From Dehalococcoidia bacterium (lineage in GTDB: Bacteria > Chloroflexota > Dehalococcoidia > SM23-28-2 > RBG-16-64-32): a stretch of 64,000 bases of DNA. The position numbers were made by a program, and so were the translations under genes. Positions 28,912 to 38,137 of this stretch are shown piece by piece; within the stretch, counting starts at the first letter, position 1; every line of letters starts with the position of its first letter. The stretch lies in the NCBI GenBank assembly GCA_035512435.1, contig DATKDX010000047.1:4674-68673 (forward strand), given 5' to 3'. The notes under the pieces were generated by a model, which saw only the letters and a list, made by a program, of their open reading frames with translations, made no database searches and had not been told where the DNA came from.

Positions 28912-29142
28912 ATGAAAGAGCTCATCGAGTATATGGCCCGCGCAATCGTCGATAACCCCGACGCCGTTGAGGTCATCGAAGAAGACGCGGGCGATCACAC
29001 CATCTTCCATCTTAAAGTGGCGGAGGACGACATGGGGCGGGTCATCGGCAAGCAGGGTCGCATCGCCAACGCCATGCGTACACTGCTCAAGGTATCGGCT
29101 ATCCGCCGTGGCGAGCGGGCCGTTCTCGAAATCGGCGAATAA
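28912..29142 (+). CDS. KH-domain RNA-binding protein (YlqC/UPF0109-like)
   Basis: 76 aa, VIGKQGRIANAMRTLLK GxxG KH motif; conserved position between rpsP and rimM. Confidence 0.7.
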   Translation: MKELIEYMARAIVDNPDAVEVIEEDAGDHTIFHLKVAEDDMGRVIGKQGRIANAMRTLLKVSAIRRGERAVLEIGE

Positions 29143-29650
29143 CCCGGCCGCCGACATCCCCGACGGCTTCGTCGCGGTCGGCCGTGTGCGTGGCGCCTTC
29201 GGCGTCCGCGGCGACCTCAAGGTCAAGCCAATGGCGCCCCCGCAGACGTTTGCGCCCGGCCGCTCCCTCACCCTTGCTGGCGAGGCTCACAAGATTGAGC
29301 GCTCGCGCCCACACAAAGACACCCTCCTCCTCAAGCTGACCGGCATAGAAACGCCTGAAGACGCCGCCGCCCTTAGCCAGGCCTATCTCCTACTCCCCGA
29401 ATCCGAACTCGAACCCCTCGGCGACGACGAATACTACCGCTACCAGCTCATCGGCCTGCGCGTCGTCAGCACCGAAGGTGAAGACCTCGGTGAAATAACT
29501 GAAGTCCTCGACCGCCCCGCCAACGACGTTTTCGTCGTCAAAGGCTCCCACGGCGAAATTCTCATCCCCGCCGCCGACGACATCGTCCAAACCATCGACC
29601 TCGAAACCCGAACGATGACCATCGAAGTGGTTCCCGGCCTGCTCCCTTAG
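29108..29650 (+). CDS. rimM: 16S rRNA processing protein RimM (start codon uncertain)
   Basis: VAVGRVRGAFGVRGDLKVKP...PRC-barrel C-terminus. No ATG available; candidate GTG starts at 29108 (overlapping the KH gene) or 29186. Confidence 0.7.
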   Translation: MASGPFSKSANNPAADIPDGFVAVGRVRGAFGVRGDLKVKPMAPPQTFAPGRSLTLAGEAHKIERSRPHKDTLLLKLTGIETPEDAAALSQAYLLLPESELEPLGDDEYYRYQLIGLRVVSTEGEDLGEITEVLDRPANDVFVVKGSHGEILIPAADDIVQTIDLETRTMTIEVVPGLLP

Positions 29651-29726
29651 GTTTCAGGTCAGCATCGGATTGAAACACCCGTAACCTGAAACCTCAGCCA
29701 GGCCTGAGCGAAGCGCCTCGATCCGC

Positions 29727-29732
29727 TATAAT
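29727..29732 (+). promoter_or_regulatory. Possible -10 box (TATAAT) for the tRNA pair
   Basis: Perfect TATAAT 31 nt upstream of tRNA-Ala; -35 not convincing. Confidence 0.3.
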
Positions 29733-29762
29733 GGTCTGTGGCGGCCCACCGCCGTCACAGGT

Positions 29763-29838
29763 GGGGATATAGCTCAATTGGGAGAGCGCTGCGTTCGCAA
29801 TGCAGAGGTTGCGGGTTCGAGTCCCGCTATCTCCACCA
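29763..29838 (+). tRNA. tRNA-Ala (anticodon CGC)
   Basis: Cloverleaf folded by hand: acceptor GGGGATA/TATCTCC with G3:U70, anticodon loop TTCGCAA, T-loop GGTTCGAGTCC, encoded CCA. Confidence 0.9.
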
Positions 29839-29868
29839 AATTTGTGCCTTCCAGAGCCGCTCTCAAGT

Positions 29869-29945
29869 GCCCCGGTAGCTCAGCAGGACAGAGCAACGGT
29901 TTCCTAAACCGTGTGTCGGCGGTTCGAGTCCGTCCCGGGGCACCA
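29869..29945 (+). tRNA. tRNA-Arg (anticodon CCT)
   Basis: Acceptor GCCCCGG/CCGGGGC, anticodon stem ACGGT/ACCGT with loop TTCCTAA, T-arm GGCGG-TTCGAGT-CCGTC, encoded CCA. Confidence 0.85.
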
Positions 29946-29962
29946 CTTACCCCTTGCGCCGG

Positions 29963-30781
29963 CTAGCCCGCCGGTGGCGCGCTCCAAATCGCTTCGTCCT
30001 TACCCGCATCCCACGTCTTCGCCTGGACCTCCCTGATCCACTCCGCAGTTGCGTCCGGCACCACATTGCGGAACTTCGAGCCCTCCTCCTCAACGATGCG
30101 CACGAAAGCGTCAATCATCCCCTGAGGGTCGTGCTGGCTTGAGAGGCCGCCAGCGGCGGCGGCCAGCACATCGGGCCGCGTGAGCGATTTCGACATGTCG
30201 AACCAGCGCATCATCGTCTCCGCGCCGCGGTCATTGAATCCCGTACCGTAGACGCCCGGGTTCACCGTGCAGACATCAACGCCGGTACCGGCCAGCTCTG
30301 CCTTCAGCGCCTCCGCGATGGCTTCCAGCGCGTGCTTGGTCGCGCAATAGATTCCCGCGAAGGGCACCGTGACCAGGCCGCCCATCGACGTGACCATCAT
30401 GATCTTGCCCGAGCCACGCGCCACCATCTGGCGCGCGAATCCCTGCGTCAGCGCCACCGTGCCGAAGACGTTGGTCTCGAAGTTGCGGCGGACGCGGTCC
30501 ATCGGGATCTCGGCCACAGGCCCCGTCTCCATTACGCCCGCGTTATTGACCAGCACATCCACCTCGTTCGCAAGGGCTGCCTGGCGGTCGCCTTCATCGT
30601 TAATGTCGAGCACCTGGACCTTGAGCTGGACGCCGGCCTCACCCGCGACCTTCATCAGCTCCGTCACCTGCGGCGCGATCTGCACACCGGCGATCACGGT
30701 ATGCCCACGCTTCGCAAGCTCCAGCGCCGTCCCCCGCCCAAACCCGGTCGCCGCCCCCGTAATCAACACTCGTTTGCTCAT
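29963..30781 (-). CDS. Short-chain dehydrogenase/reductase (SDR) family oxidoreductase
   Basis: MSKRVLITGAATGFGRG (TGxxxGxG) and YCATKHAL (YxxxK). Start chosen at the Met preceded by gaaggaggg. Confidence 0.85.
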   Translation of the reverse strand: MSKRVLITGAATGFGRGTALELAKRGHTVIAGVQIAPQVTELMKVAGEAGVQLKVQVLDINDEGDRQAALANEVDVLVNNAGVMETGPVAEIPMDRVRRNFETNVFGTVALTQGFARQMVARGSGKIMMVTSMGGLVTVPFAGIYCATKHALEAIAEALKAELAGTGVDVCTVNPGVYGTGFNDRGAETMMRWFDMSKSLTRPDVLAAAAGGLSSQHDPQGMIDAFVRIVEEEGSKFRNVVPDATAEWIREVQAKTWDAGKDEAIWSAPPAG

Positions 30782-30879
30782 GCCCTTCCCTCCTTCGCGA
30801 ATGGCGAACTCTACTGCGGCTACCATCCTAATCCATGCCAGTGGCCTGCTGGCCACCATCAGCCCGCCCGTGAAATGAT

Positions 30880-32172
30880 GTGACCATGCGCGAAACCGCC
30901 CCCGCGACCGGCATCTACTACGGCTGGATCGTGCTCATAGCCTCCGTCGTTGCCATGGCCGTCGGCAGCGGGATATCGTTCTGGTCGTTCGGCCTCTATG
31001 TCGATCCGCTCGAATCGGACTTTGGCTGGTCCCGCGCCGAAGTCTCCGCCGGCATCTCCGTCTCCCTCGGCATTGGCGCGCTTTCCGGACCACTAATCGG
31101 CCGCTGGATCGATTCCTCCGGCCCGCGCGTCGTCATCATCGCCGGCGCCTTCGCCAGCTCGGCCACATTCCTTCTCCTCGCCACCACCACCGAGCTCTGG
31201 CAGTGGTTCGTCTATCTCTCGATCAACACCGTCGCCCGCCAGATGGTTTTCTTCCTCCCCTTCCAGGCCCTCGTCTCACGCTGGTTTGAGCGCAAACGCG
31301 GGCTCGCCGTCGGCATCCTCGGCTCGGGATTTTCGTTTGGCGGCCTCGCCATCGTCCCGCTGATGGCCTTCGTCATCGACCGGCTGGACTGGGACGGCTC
31401 GTTCGTCTTCGCTGCCGCCCTTACCCTCGCCCTCTTCCTGCCAATGGGCCTGCTCGTCCTCCGAAACGACCCCGCTGATGTCGGCGCCAACATGGACGGT
31501 GACACCGTCGCCGATGGCGAGACCTACACGCCGGCGCCGCTCACCGGCCTCACCCTGCGGCAGACCCTCCGGACCCCGCTCTTCTGGCTCCTCGCCGCGG
31601 CCATGACCCTCTTCATCTTCGGAATCGTCGGCTGGATCGTGCACCAGGTCCCGTTTTACGAGTCAGTTGGCGTCTCCCGCGGGCTCGCCGCCGGCCTCGT
31701 CTCCATAGCCGCCGGTGGCGGCGTCATCATGCGCCTTACCTTCGGCGTCATCGCCGACCGCGTTCCCCGCATCGAGGTCGGTGCCATGGGCCTTCTCGCG
31801 TTCCTGGTCGCGTCGATGGCCGTACTGCTCGTGGATTCCGGCATCGTCGGCATCTCAATCTTCGTCGTGCTCTGGGTCATCGGCAGCGGTGGCGGCCCTC
31901 TCCTTGAACCCCTCCTGCTCGGGCGCGCCTTCGGCCTCAAACACTTCGCCACCATCCTCGCCACGATGATGCTCATCGACGCTCTCGGCGTCGTCACCGC
32001 TCCCACCATCGCCGGCCTCATCTACGACGAAACCGGCTCCTATGACCTCGTCCTCGTGATGTTCGGCAGCTCCTTCGCCGCCGCCTTAGCCCTCTTCTAC
32101 CTCGCCTCCCGTCTCCCCCACCCCATGCAGGCACTGCCGCTAACCGAACAGTTCCCCGAACCGCGAGCCTAA
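30880..32172 (+). CDS. MFS-type transporter (12 predicted TM helices)
   Basis: 430 aa, highly hydrophobic, two 6-TM halves, GxLxDRxGxR-like loop (GPLIGRWIDSSGPR). Confidence 0.7.
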   Translation: MTMRETAPATGIYYGWIVLIASVVAMAVGSGISFWSFGLYVDPLESDFGWSRAEVSAGISVSLGIGALSGPLIGRWIDSSGPRVVIIAGAFASSATFLLLATTTELWQWFVYLSINTVARQMVFFLPFQALVSRWFERKRGLAVGILGSGFSFGGLAIVPLMAFVIDRLDWDGSFVFAAALTLALFLPMGLLVLRNDPADVGANMDGDTVADGETYTPAPLTGLTLRQTLRTPLFWLLAAAMTLFIFGIVGWIVHQVPFYESVGVSRGLAAGLVSIAAGGGVIMRLTFGVIADRVPRIEVGAMGLLAFLVASMAVLLVDSGIVGISIFVVLWVIGSGGGPLLEPLLLGRAFGLKHFATILATMMLIDALGVVTAPTIAGLIYDETGSYDLVLVMFGSSFAAALALFYLASRLPHPMQALPLTEQFPEPRA

Positions 32173-34667
32173 ACCTCCGTCCCCACGTCCGGGCAGTCCG
32201 GCTCCTGCGCCACAGACAGACCCGCATCGTGACGCAACACCTTCAGCCCATCCACCGGGTCCGCCGCTCCAGAGCAGTCGAAGTCGCCCCAGATGCGAGG
32301 GGTGCCGTCGACGTCGACCTCTTGGCCCATCTCCGGGCACTCGTTCGTCTCGGTAGACAACCCCGCGTCGTGGCGGAGGTTGAGGAGCGCGTCGACGGGG
32401 TCGGCAGATCCGGAGCAATTGTGGTCGCCCCAGGCGACTTGCTGGCCGGCGTTGGTTGGGGAGGGTGTAGCGGTCGGCGTGGGTGTCCCGGACGTGGTTG
32501 GCGCAGGAGTGGGCATAGCCGTTGGCGTTGGGGTAGCCATTTGAGTTGGGGAAGGAATAAGTGTGGGTGTAGCGGAAGGCGACGGGCTGGGCGTCGGTGT
32601 AGCGGGTGGCGAAAGATCAATACAGTTTGAAAACTCGGAGGAGTGCTGAGGCAGTCCATCCAGAGTCGCCACCGCTGTCACATTTCGCAGAATAGCGAAG
32701 TTCACGGGAAACGTCTGGTTGATTGTCAGGTTGCCGCTAGCGTCGGTCACCCCGCCTCCTTCGGCGATTCGCATCTCGCCCTCGCCGTACCCAGTCGGAT
32801 CGCAGTTGGCACTGTCGAAGTAGTCGATGTTAATCTCGGTGTTCGGCAGGCTATTTAACGTCCCCTGGATGTTCGTCTGGCCGCCGGCGTCAGTAACCGA
32901 CGTAAGGACCGGGAAGTTCTGCAGGTCGTTAGGCCCCGTGTCAGTATCACCAGCATCGTTCGGCGTCACGCCATCGTTTCCAAGGTCGATGCCCAGGCCC
33001 GCGTTCTGGAAGATCGCATTGCCGATGATGCCCGTACCCGTTCCTGACAGCACCGAGATGCCGTCTCCCCCGTTATGAGCGATCCGGTTGCCGTTGCTCG
33101 GGTGGACGCTGCCGATGCGATTGACGGGGGCGCTGTCCTCTACAAGTATCCCGTGATTTGCATTGCCCAGAGCAGTCTCGCCGTCTTCTGCGAGCCCGAT
33201 GATATTAGCGTAGATTTCGTTGAATGAGTTCGCTCCAGTCAGGCGAACCCCCGCCAATTGGTTGCCGGAGATTACGTTGGCGGCGGCCGCCCCCCCTGGG
33301 CAGGTCTGGAACTGACTTCCACCAATACAGTTGCCTTCGGAACTGTCGATCACCACGCCGTCCTGGTTGCCCAGTACCGCGTTCCCGCTCACGTCTGTGC
33401 CGATGAAGTTGCCTTGCACCTTTACCTGCCCGGACATGAGAACTAGCCCCGGCCCGTTGTTTCCGGAAATGACGTTGCGCTCGCCGGCCGCGGGTCCGCC
33501 GATTGTGCTCCCCTCGCTTCCGGGGAAGAGAGAGATGCCGTTGATATTTGCGACAGCGGCCGTGCCGGTCAGGTTCGTGCCAATTCGGTTGCCGTGAACC
33601 GTTACAGAAGTCTCGGCGATGATCCCGCCCCCGGGTGCATTGCCGCTGATAAGGTTTCCGGCACCCGGTTCGCTGCCGCCAATGATGACGGGCCCGTCGA
33701 ACTCAGCTGATATGCCTGTGTTGTTTGGGAGGGCCCCTGTACCGGGCGAATTCGTGCCGATCCGGTTACCCTGAATCACTGTGCCCTCTTCGGTCACCGT
33801 GACGCCCACGTTTGTGTTTCCGGAGATCAGGTTGCCGGCGCCGGGCAGAGTTCCGCCGATGAGCGTTCCGATAGCCTCATTATAAATACCTCTCGCATTC
33901 CCGATAGCGGCAGAGCCGGTGACATCGGTTCCAATGTAGTTGCCCTGGACCACAATTCCATTCCCGGACTGCAGGAACACCCCCTGCAAGATGTTCCCCG
34001 AAATGAGGTTGCAGTCGCCCGCGCATGCTCCATCGAACTCGGTCCCGCTTGTGCCACCGATACGGATGCTGTCACTCGACGCAAGTACGCCCTGAAAATT
34101 GGGTACGGCAGATGTACCGGCTGCGTTCGTGCCGATGAAGCTGTGCCTGAGCACTGTGTTGGCGGCGCCGAGGCGGATGCCGAACCCGCCGAAGTTGTTG
34201 ATGACGAGACCGCTGATCTCGGAGCCGCCGGTGAAAGGGCCCGTGACGAGCCCTGTAATGCTTACATCAAGACCCGGCCCGTGTAGTTCGACACGCGTCG
34301 ACCCGCCCGTCGCCCCATCTATATGGATCGATCTGCTTATCTCAGGGAGGGCCGAGCCGATGTTGATCGTTGGCGTGCCGGGTCCCAGTGCGAAATCGAT
34401 TGCGTAGATGACACTTTGGTTGAGGGTACCGATACAGCCCTGATATGTCGAAATGCCCAGGTTGGTCGCAGTAATCGCTTCACGGAGAGTGCACAGCGTG
34501 TCGCCGGTGCCCGGATCGTCGGGCGAGTCGACGACGTACGTGTAGGAGATGGGCGGGCTGCCTCCGCTTGCCGGCCCAGCCTTGTGTCCGACCACTAATC
34601 CGGAAGCGGCCAACAACCCGATTACTGCGAGCGCAAACCAGCCAGCGAACTTTGGCATGTTCCTCAT
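32169..34667 (-). CDS. Secreted CSLREA-domain / right-handed parallel beta-helix repeat protein with PT-rich linker and C-terminal Cys-containing dockerin-like repeat pair
   Basis: Signal peptide. N-terminal DTLCTLREAITATNLG (CSLREA-type motif). More than 20 copies of the G-N-x-I-G-T/NxxxGN beta-helix repeat. (PTPS)n linker. C-terminus WGDHNCSGSADPVDALLNLRHDAGLS...WGDFDCSGAADPVDGLKVLRHDAGLSV. Confidence 0.75.
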   Translation of the reverse strand: MRNMPKFAGWFALAVIGLLAASGLVVGHKAGPASGGSPPISYTYVVDSPDDPGTGDTLCTLREAITATNLGISTYQGCIGTLNQSVIYAIDFALGPGTPTINIGSALPEISRSIHIDGATGGSTRVELHGPGLDVSITGLVTGPFTGGSEISGLVINNFGGFGIRLGAANTVLRHSFIGTNAAGTSAVPNFQGVLASSDSIRIGGTSGTEFDGACAGDCNLISGNILQGVFLQSGNGIVVQGNYIGTDVTGSAAIGNARGIYNEAIGTLIGGTLPGAGNLISGNTNVGVTVTEEGTVIQGNRIGTNSPGTGALPNNTGISAEFDGPVIIGGSEPGAGNLISGNAPGGGIIAETSVTVHGNRIGTNLTGTAAVANINGISLFPGSEGSTIGGPAAGERNVISGNNGPGLVLMSGQVKVQGNFIGTDVSGNAVLGNQDGVVIDSSEGNCIGGSQFQTCPGGAAAANVISGNQLAGVRLTGANSFNEIYANIIGLAEDGETALGNANHGILVEDSAPVNRIGSVHPSNGNRIAHNGGDGISVLSGTGTGIIGNAIFQNAGLGIDLGNDGVTPNDAGDTDTGPNDLQNFPVLTSVTDAGGQTNIQGTLNSLPNTEINIDYFDSANCDPTGYGEGEMRIAEGGGVTDASGNLTINQTFPVNFAILRNVTAVATLDGLPQHSSEFSNCIDLSPPATPTPSPSPSATPTLIPSPTQMATPTPTAMPTPAPTTSGTPTPTATPSPTNAGQQVAWGDHNCSGSADPVDALLNLRHDAGLSTETNECPEMGQEVDVDGTPRIWGDFDCSGAADPVDGLKVLRHDAGLSVAQEPDCPDVGTEV

Positions 34668-34670
34668 CTA

Positions 34671-36667
34671 CTAAGCGCTGCTAACAGCGACCGTCTCCCC
34701 CGGGTCCGGGCACCCCGCCGGCCGCTGCACTACCAATCCTGCATCGAAGCGCAACACCTTCAGCGCATCCACCGGGTGCACCCCATCGCTACAATCAATG
34801 TCGCCCCACAGCTCCTCACCATCGCCAACATCGACAGGGTCCCCAATCGGCGGGCAGTCCGGACCCTGCGCCACCGAAAGGCCCGCGTCGTGGCGCAGCA
34901 GTTTCAGCGCGTCCACCGGATCGACTCCACCGCTGCAGTCCACGTCTCCCCACAGCAGCCCCTCCGGCGCAGCCGTCGCTGTCGGCGTTGCCGTATCAGT
35001 CGGTGCATCCGTGCCTGAAGGCGTCGCCGTCACAGATGGCGTCGCCGTCAGAGTCGGCTCGGGGGTCTCGCTCGGCTCTGGCGAAGGCGTCGGTGTTGGT
35101 GTCGCTGGCGACAGAATCGCTACGCAATTCGAGAACTCTGACGTGTCGCCAGTACTCTGGTGAGTCGCCGTCGACGTCACAAAGCCCGCCGTCGGGGCTG
35201 AGGTGAAATTCGCGGCGAAGGGCGCGTTGCCCTCAGCGTCCGTCTCCACTTCCACGAAGCCGATGAACGTCTTGCCCTCGCCGAATCCCGTCTGGTCACA
35301 CGCGTCGTTGTGGAAGAACTCGATGCGGAACTGCGACAGGGGGACACTGTTCAACTCGCCCACGACCGAAACGCTGCCTGGTACAGCGGTGACTATCAGT
35401 GGGAAGTTCTGTCGGTTGTTCGCCCCCGTGTCAACATCCAGCGGATCGTTGACCGTCAGTCCTATCGGGTCCAGGTCGATGCCCAGCCCGTCATTGTCAT
35501 AGATGCTGTTGCCCAGGATCGAGTTTCCGGTCGCGTCGCTGTCGTCAACGTACACGCCCGCTCCGCCGTTGCCCGTGGCCACGTTCGCGTCCTGCGCCGA
35601 CGTACCGCCGATCGTATTGTTCCCATCGAAGACTGCGATGCCATGTCTGGCGTTGCCGCTGGCCACGTTATCGGTGACAGTTTGCCATCAGAACTGCCAC
35701 CGATTTCGAAGCCGTCGCCGGGATAGATGCCGAAGCCGTTATCGTTACTGATGTTCTCACGCACGGTGGCCGGACCGCCGCCTACCACAATGCCCGTTCC
35801 GGCATTTCCCGTCGCCGTATTGCCCGTTACCAGCGCCGTCTCACCAGACGCACGTAGGCCGAGGTCACCGTTATTCGTGGCGACGTTACCCGTCATCACG
35901 GTGGAGCCTCCTCCCGATAGAGCGCCATAGCTGCCGTTGCCGGAAAAGACGTTATCCGTAATCGTTGAATCGGCGATGCCTGAGGTGATCCCCGACCCAC
36001 CGTTGTCCGTAATCTCGTTGCGGTCCACCAGAAGGCCCGTACCCGCGCCCGCGAAGTTGGCCGCAATGCCGTCGAACTCGTTGCCCTCTATCAGATTATT
36101 GGTGACCTCAGCATCGTCTCCGTTCAGACCAATTCCGTAAGTCCCGCTGTCCCGGATGATGCTGTCGTGCACCTCTCTGCCGACATAATAGGTACCCGTC
36201 GCGGCGTGCGCTCCCATGCCCGGAAAGTTCTGAATGACAAGGCCCCGCACGATCACGTCGTTCGCCCAGAGATAGATGCCCGCCTCGCCGGAAGCGAGTG
36301 CGCTACCATCGACGATGACGATCGGCGTGTTGGCGTAATCCGGTTCGCTGGTTCCGTCTATGACCGTGCCATCCGCGGTTACCGCCGGCAGGTCATCCGT
36401 CGGCGGGCTGATCGTGCACGCAGGCGGACAGCCGGGGATGTTAAAGACGATCGTGCTGCCCGGGGCCAGGTTCGCCGCTGTGATCGCCTCCCGCAGTGTG
36501 CATTCGGCGACATCGCAGTTTCCGTCGCCTGGGTCATCGATCGTATTGACCACGAGGTCAGGCGGTACAGGGCCAGCACTCGCGTCATCGTATGCGAGCA
36601 CGAGAACCAGTGCGGCGGCGGCGATTACCAGGGTGGTCAGGGCGGCGGCGATAGTGAGTGTACGCAT
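34671..36667 (-). pseudogene. Paralogous CSLREA/beta-helix/dockerin-like protein gene interrupted by a single-base frameshift (or sequencing error) near 35681-35683
   Basis: ORFs 35462..36667 (signal peptide, CTLREAITAANLAPG, beta-helix repeats) and 34671..35666 (beta-helix repeats, PT linker, LWGDVDCSGGVDPVDALKLLRHDAGLSV...LWGDIDCSDGVHPVDALKVLRFDAGLVV) are one gene in two frames. Adding one A to the AAA run (gatggcaaactgtcacc on the coding strand) joins them. Confidence 0.6.
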
Positions 36668-36737
36668 TATGTCGGAATTCTATGGCTGGCGTAGATGAGC
36701 GTCAATCGAGACGGGATCGCGGAAGGTTACGACATCG

Positions 36738-37592
36738 CTAACCTATGGCACCTTCCAGCCCCAGCAGCTTCGCCGCGTTCCCCTTCAATATTTTGTCCCG
36801 CACGTCGTCCTTGAACCCGGCGGCCTCGAAGTCCGCAAGCCAGCGTTCGGGATTCATGACGGGGTAGTCGGAGCCGAAGAGGACTTTGTCCTGGATGAGG
36901 TTGTTCGCGTACCGTACCAGCGCGGGCTGGAAGTACTTAGGCGACCAGCCGGAGAGGTCCATGTAGAGGTTCGGCTTGTGGACGAGCATGGCTAGCTGCT
37001 CGTCCTGCCAGGGCCAAGCGGGGTGCGCCATGATGATGTTTAGGCCGGGGAAGTCCGCGGCCACGTCGTCGATGTAGGGGACGGGGCGCGAGTACTTGAG
37101 CTTGACGCCGCCGCCCCCCGGCGTGCCGGCGCCGACGCCGGTGGTGCCGGAGTGTATGAGCACCACCAAGCCTAACTTCTGCGCGCGCTCCCAGATAGGG
37201 TAGAAGCGGCGGTCGTTGGGGAAGAACTCCTGCATGTTCGGCATGAATTTGAGGCCGATCATGCCCAGCTCTTCAGCGCACCGTGATACCTCGCGGACAG
37301 CGGCGCGGCCCTTCCACGGATCCACGCTGCCGAAGGCGGCGAACTGTTTCGGGTACTTCTTCGCGATGTCCGCGATGTAGTCGTTCGGCGTCGGCGGGCG
37401 GCCACTTACGGACTCCGTGTCGATATCGAAGACGATGCCGAAGATGTCGAGGCCGGCGTAGTACTCTGCCATCTCCTCGACGGAGGCCGGCGGCTTGCCG
37501 ACCTTGAAGTAGCGTTGCGCCTCCTCGGACGAGGTCAGGGATTCGCCGGTGGGGCCCGGCGGATGGATGTGGACATCAATCGCTCGGACCAT
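36738..37592 (-). CDS. Amidohydrolase-2 family metal-dependent hydrolase (TIM barrel)
   Basis: MVRAIDVHIHPPGP N-terminal metal-binding HxH; His/Asp positions consistent with amidohydrolase_2. Confidence 0.65.
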   Translation of the reverse strand: MVRAIDVHIHPPGPTGESLTSSEEAQRYFKVGKPPASVEEMAEYYAGLDIFGIVFDIDTESVSGRPPTPNDYIADIAKKYPKQFAAFGSVDPWKGRAAVREVSRCAEELGMIGLKFMPNMQEFFPNDRRFYPIWERAQKLGLVVLIHSGTTGVGAGTPGGGGVKLKYSRPVPYIDDVAADFPGLNIIMAHPAWPWQDEQLAMLVHKPNLYMDLSGWSPKYFQPALVRYANNLIQDKVLFGSDYPVMNPERWLADFEAAGFKDDVRDKILKGNAAKLLGLEGAIG

Positions 37593-37623
37593 GCCTCACC
37601 TGCTTTCCAGGCAGATTGCCTTG

Positions 37624-37944
37624 CTAGTCACCCGGGGCGCGGTAGTCCGGGCTCTTCTTTACCGCCTGGTCAATCTCCTCGGGTGTCAGCAGCGGCGTCG
37701 TCGTCACGCTGACCTCGCCACTCGCGTTGATCGTCAGAGCAACCGCTGCCGCCGTCACGTTGTCCGGTAGTTCGACGACCGCATACACGTCGATGTCCCC
37801 AAACGCGTAGTAAATGCTCTCCAGCTTGCCACCAACTGAGTCCAGCAGCTTCACCACAGCCTCCCGCCTCGCCGATCCGCCTTCCTCCATCAACCCCTCG
37901 ACCCCCTCGCCGACATACGTCGCCATCACCAGGTACTTGGGCAT
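37624..37944 (-). CDS. GYD-domain protein
   Basis: 106 aa, MPKYLVMATY...YYAFGDIDVYAVVELPD pattern. Confidence 0.5.
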   Translation of the reverse strand: MPKYLVMATYVGEGVEGLMEEGGSARREAVVKLLDSVGGKLESIYYAFGDIDVYAVVELPDNVTAAAVALTINASGEVSVTTTPLLTPEEIDQAVKKSPDYRAPGD

Positions 37945-38089
37945 CCCGTCCTCCTTATTTTGCTGTATCGAATCAGAATCGCAGTTGATACTATCACCCC
38001 GCCTCCGCTTATGCCCGATGCAGTCGTTACCTTATTCATAGCACCTAAGTTATGGAAACACCCCTCTTTTTTCCAAACAAATTCCGTAC

Positions 38090-38110
38090 CTAAAACCCCA
38101 CCACTGTCCA
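38090..38110. repeat. Perfect 7-bp x3 tandem repeat (ccactgt) 27 bp upstream of the DNA ligase start
   Basis: ccactgtccactgtccactgt in the divergent intergenic region between the GYD gene and the ligase. Confidence 0.7.
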
Positions 38111-38137
38111 CTGTCCACTGTCCCCTAGAATAGAGCC

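Noticed and set aside
28367-28912. Minus-strand ORFs (28153..28596, 28367..28912, 28398..28883) over the rpsP tail
   Set aside because: They are antisense to the low-complexity GCC/GAA-rich S16 extension. Their Arg/Ala-rich translations are frame artefacts.
29778-29966. 62-aa + ORF
   Set aside because: It overlaps the two tRNA genes; the tRNA cloverleaves are unambiguous.
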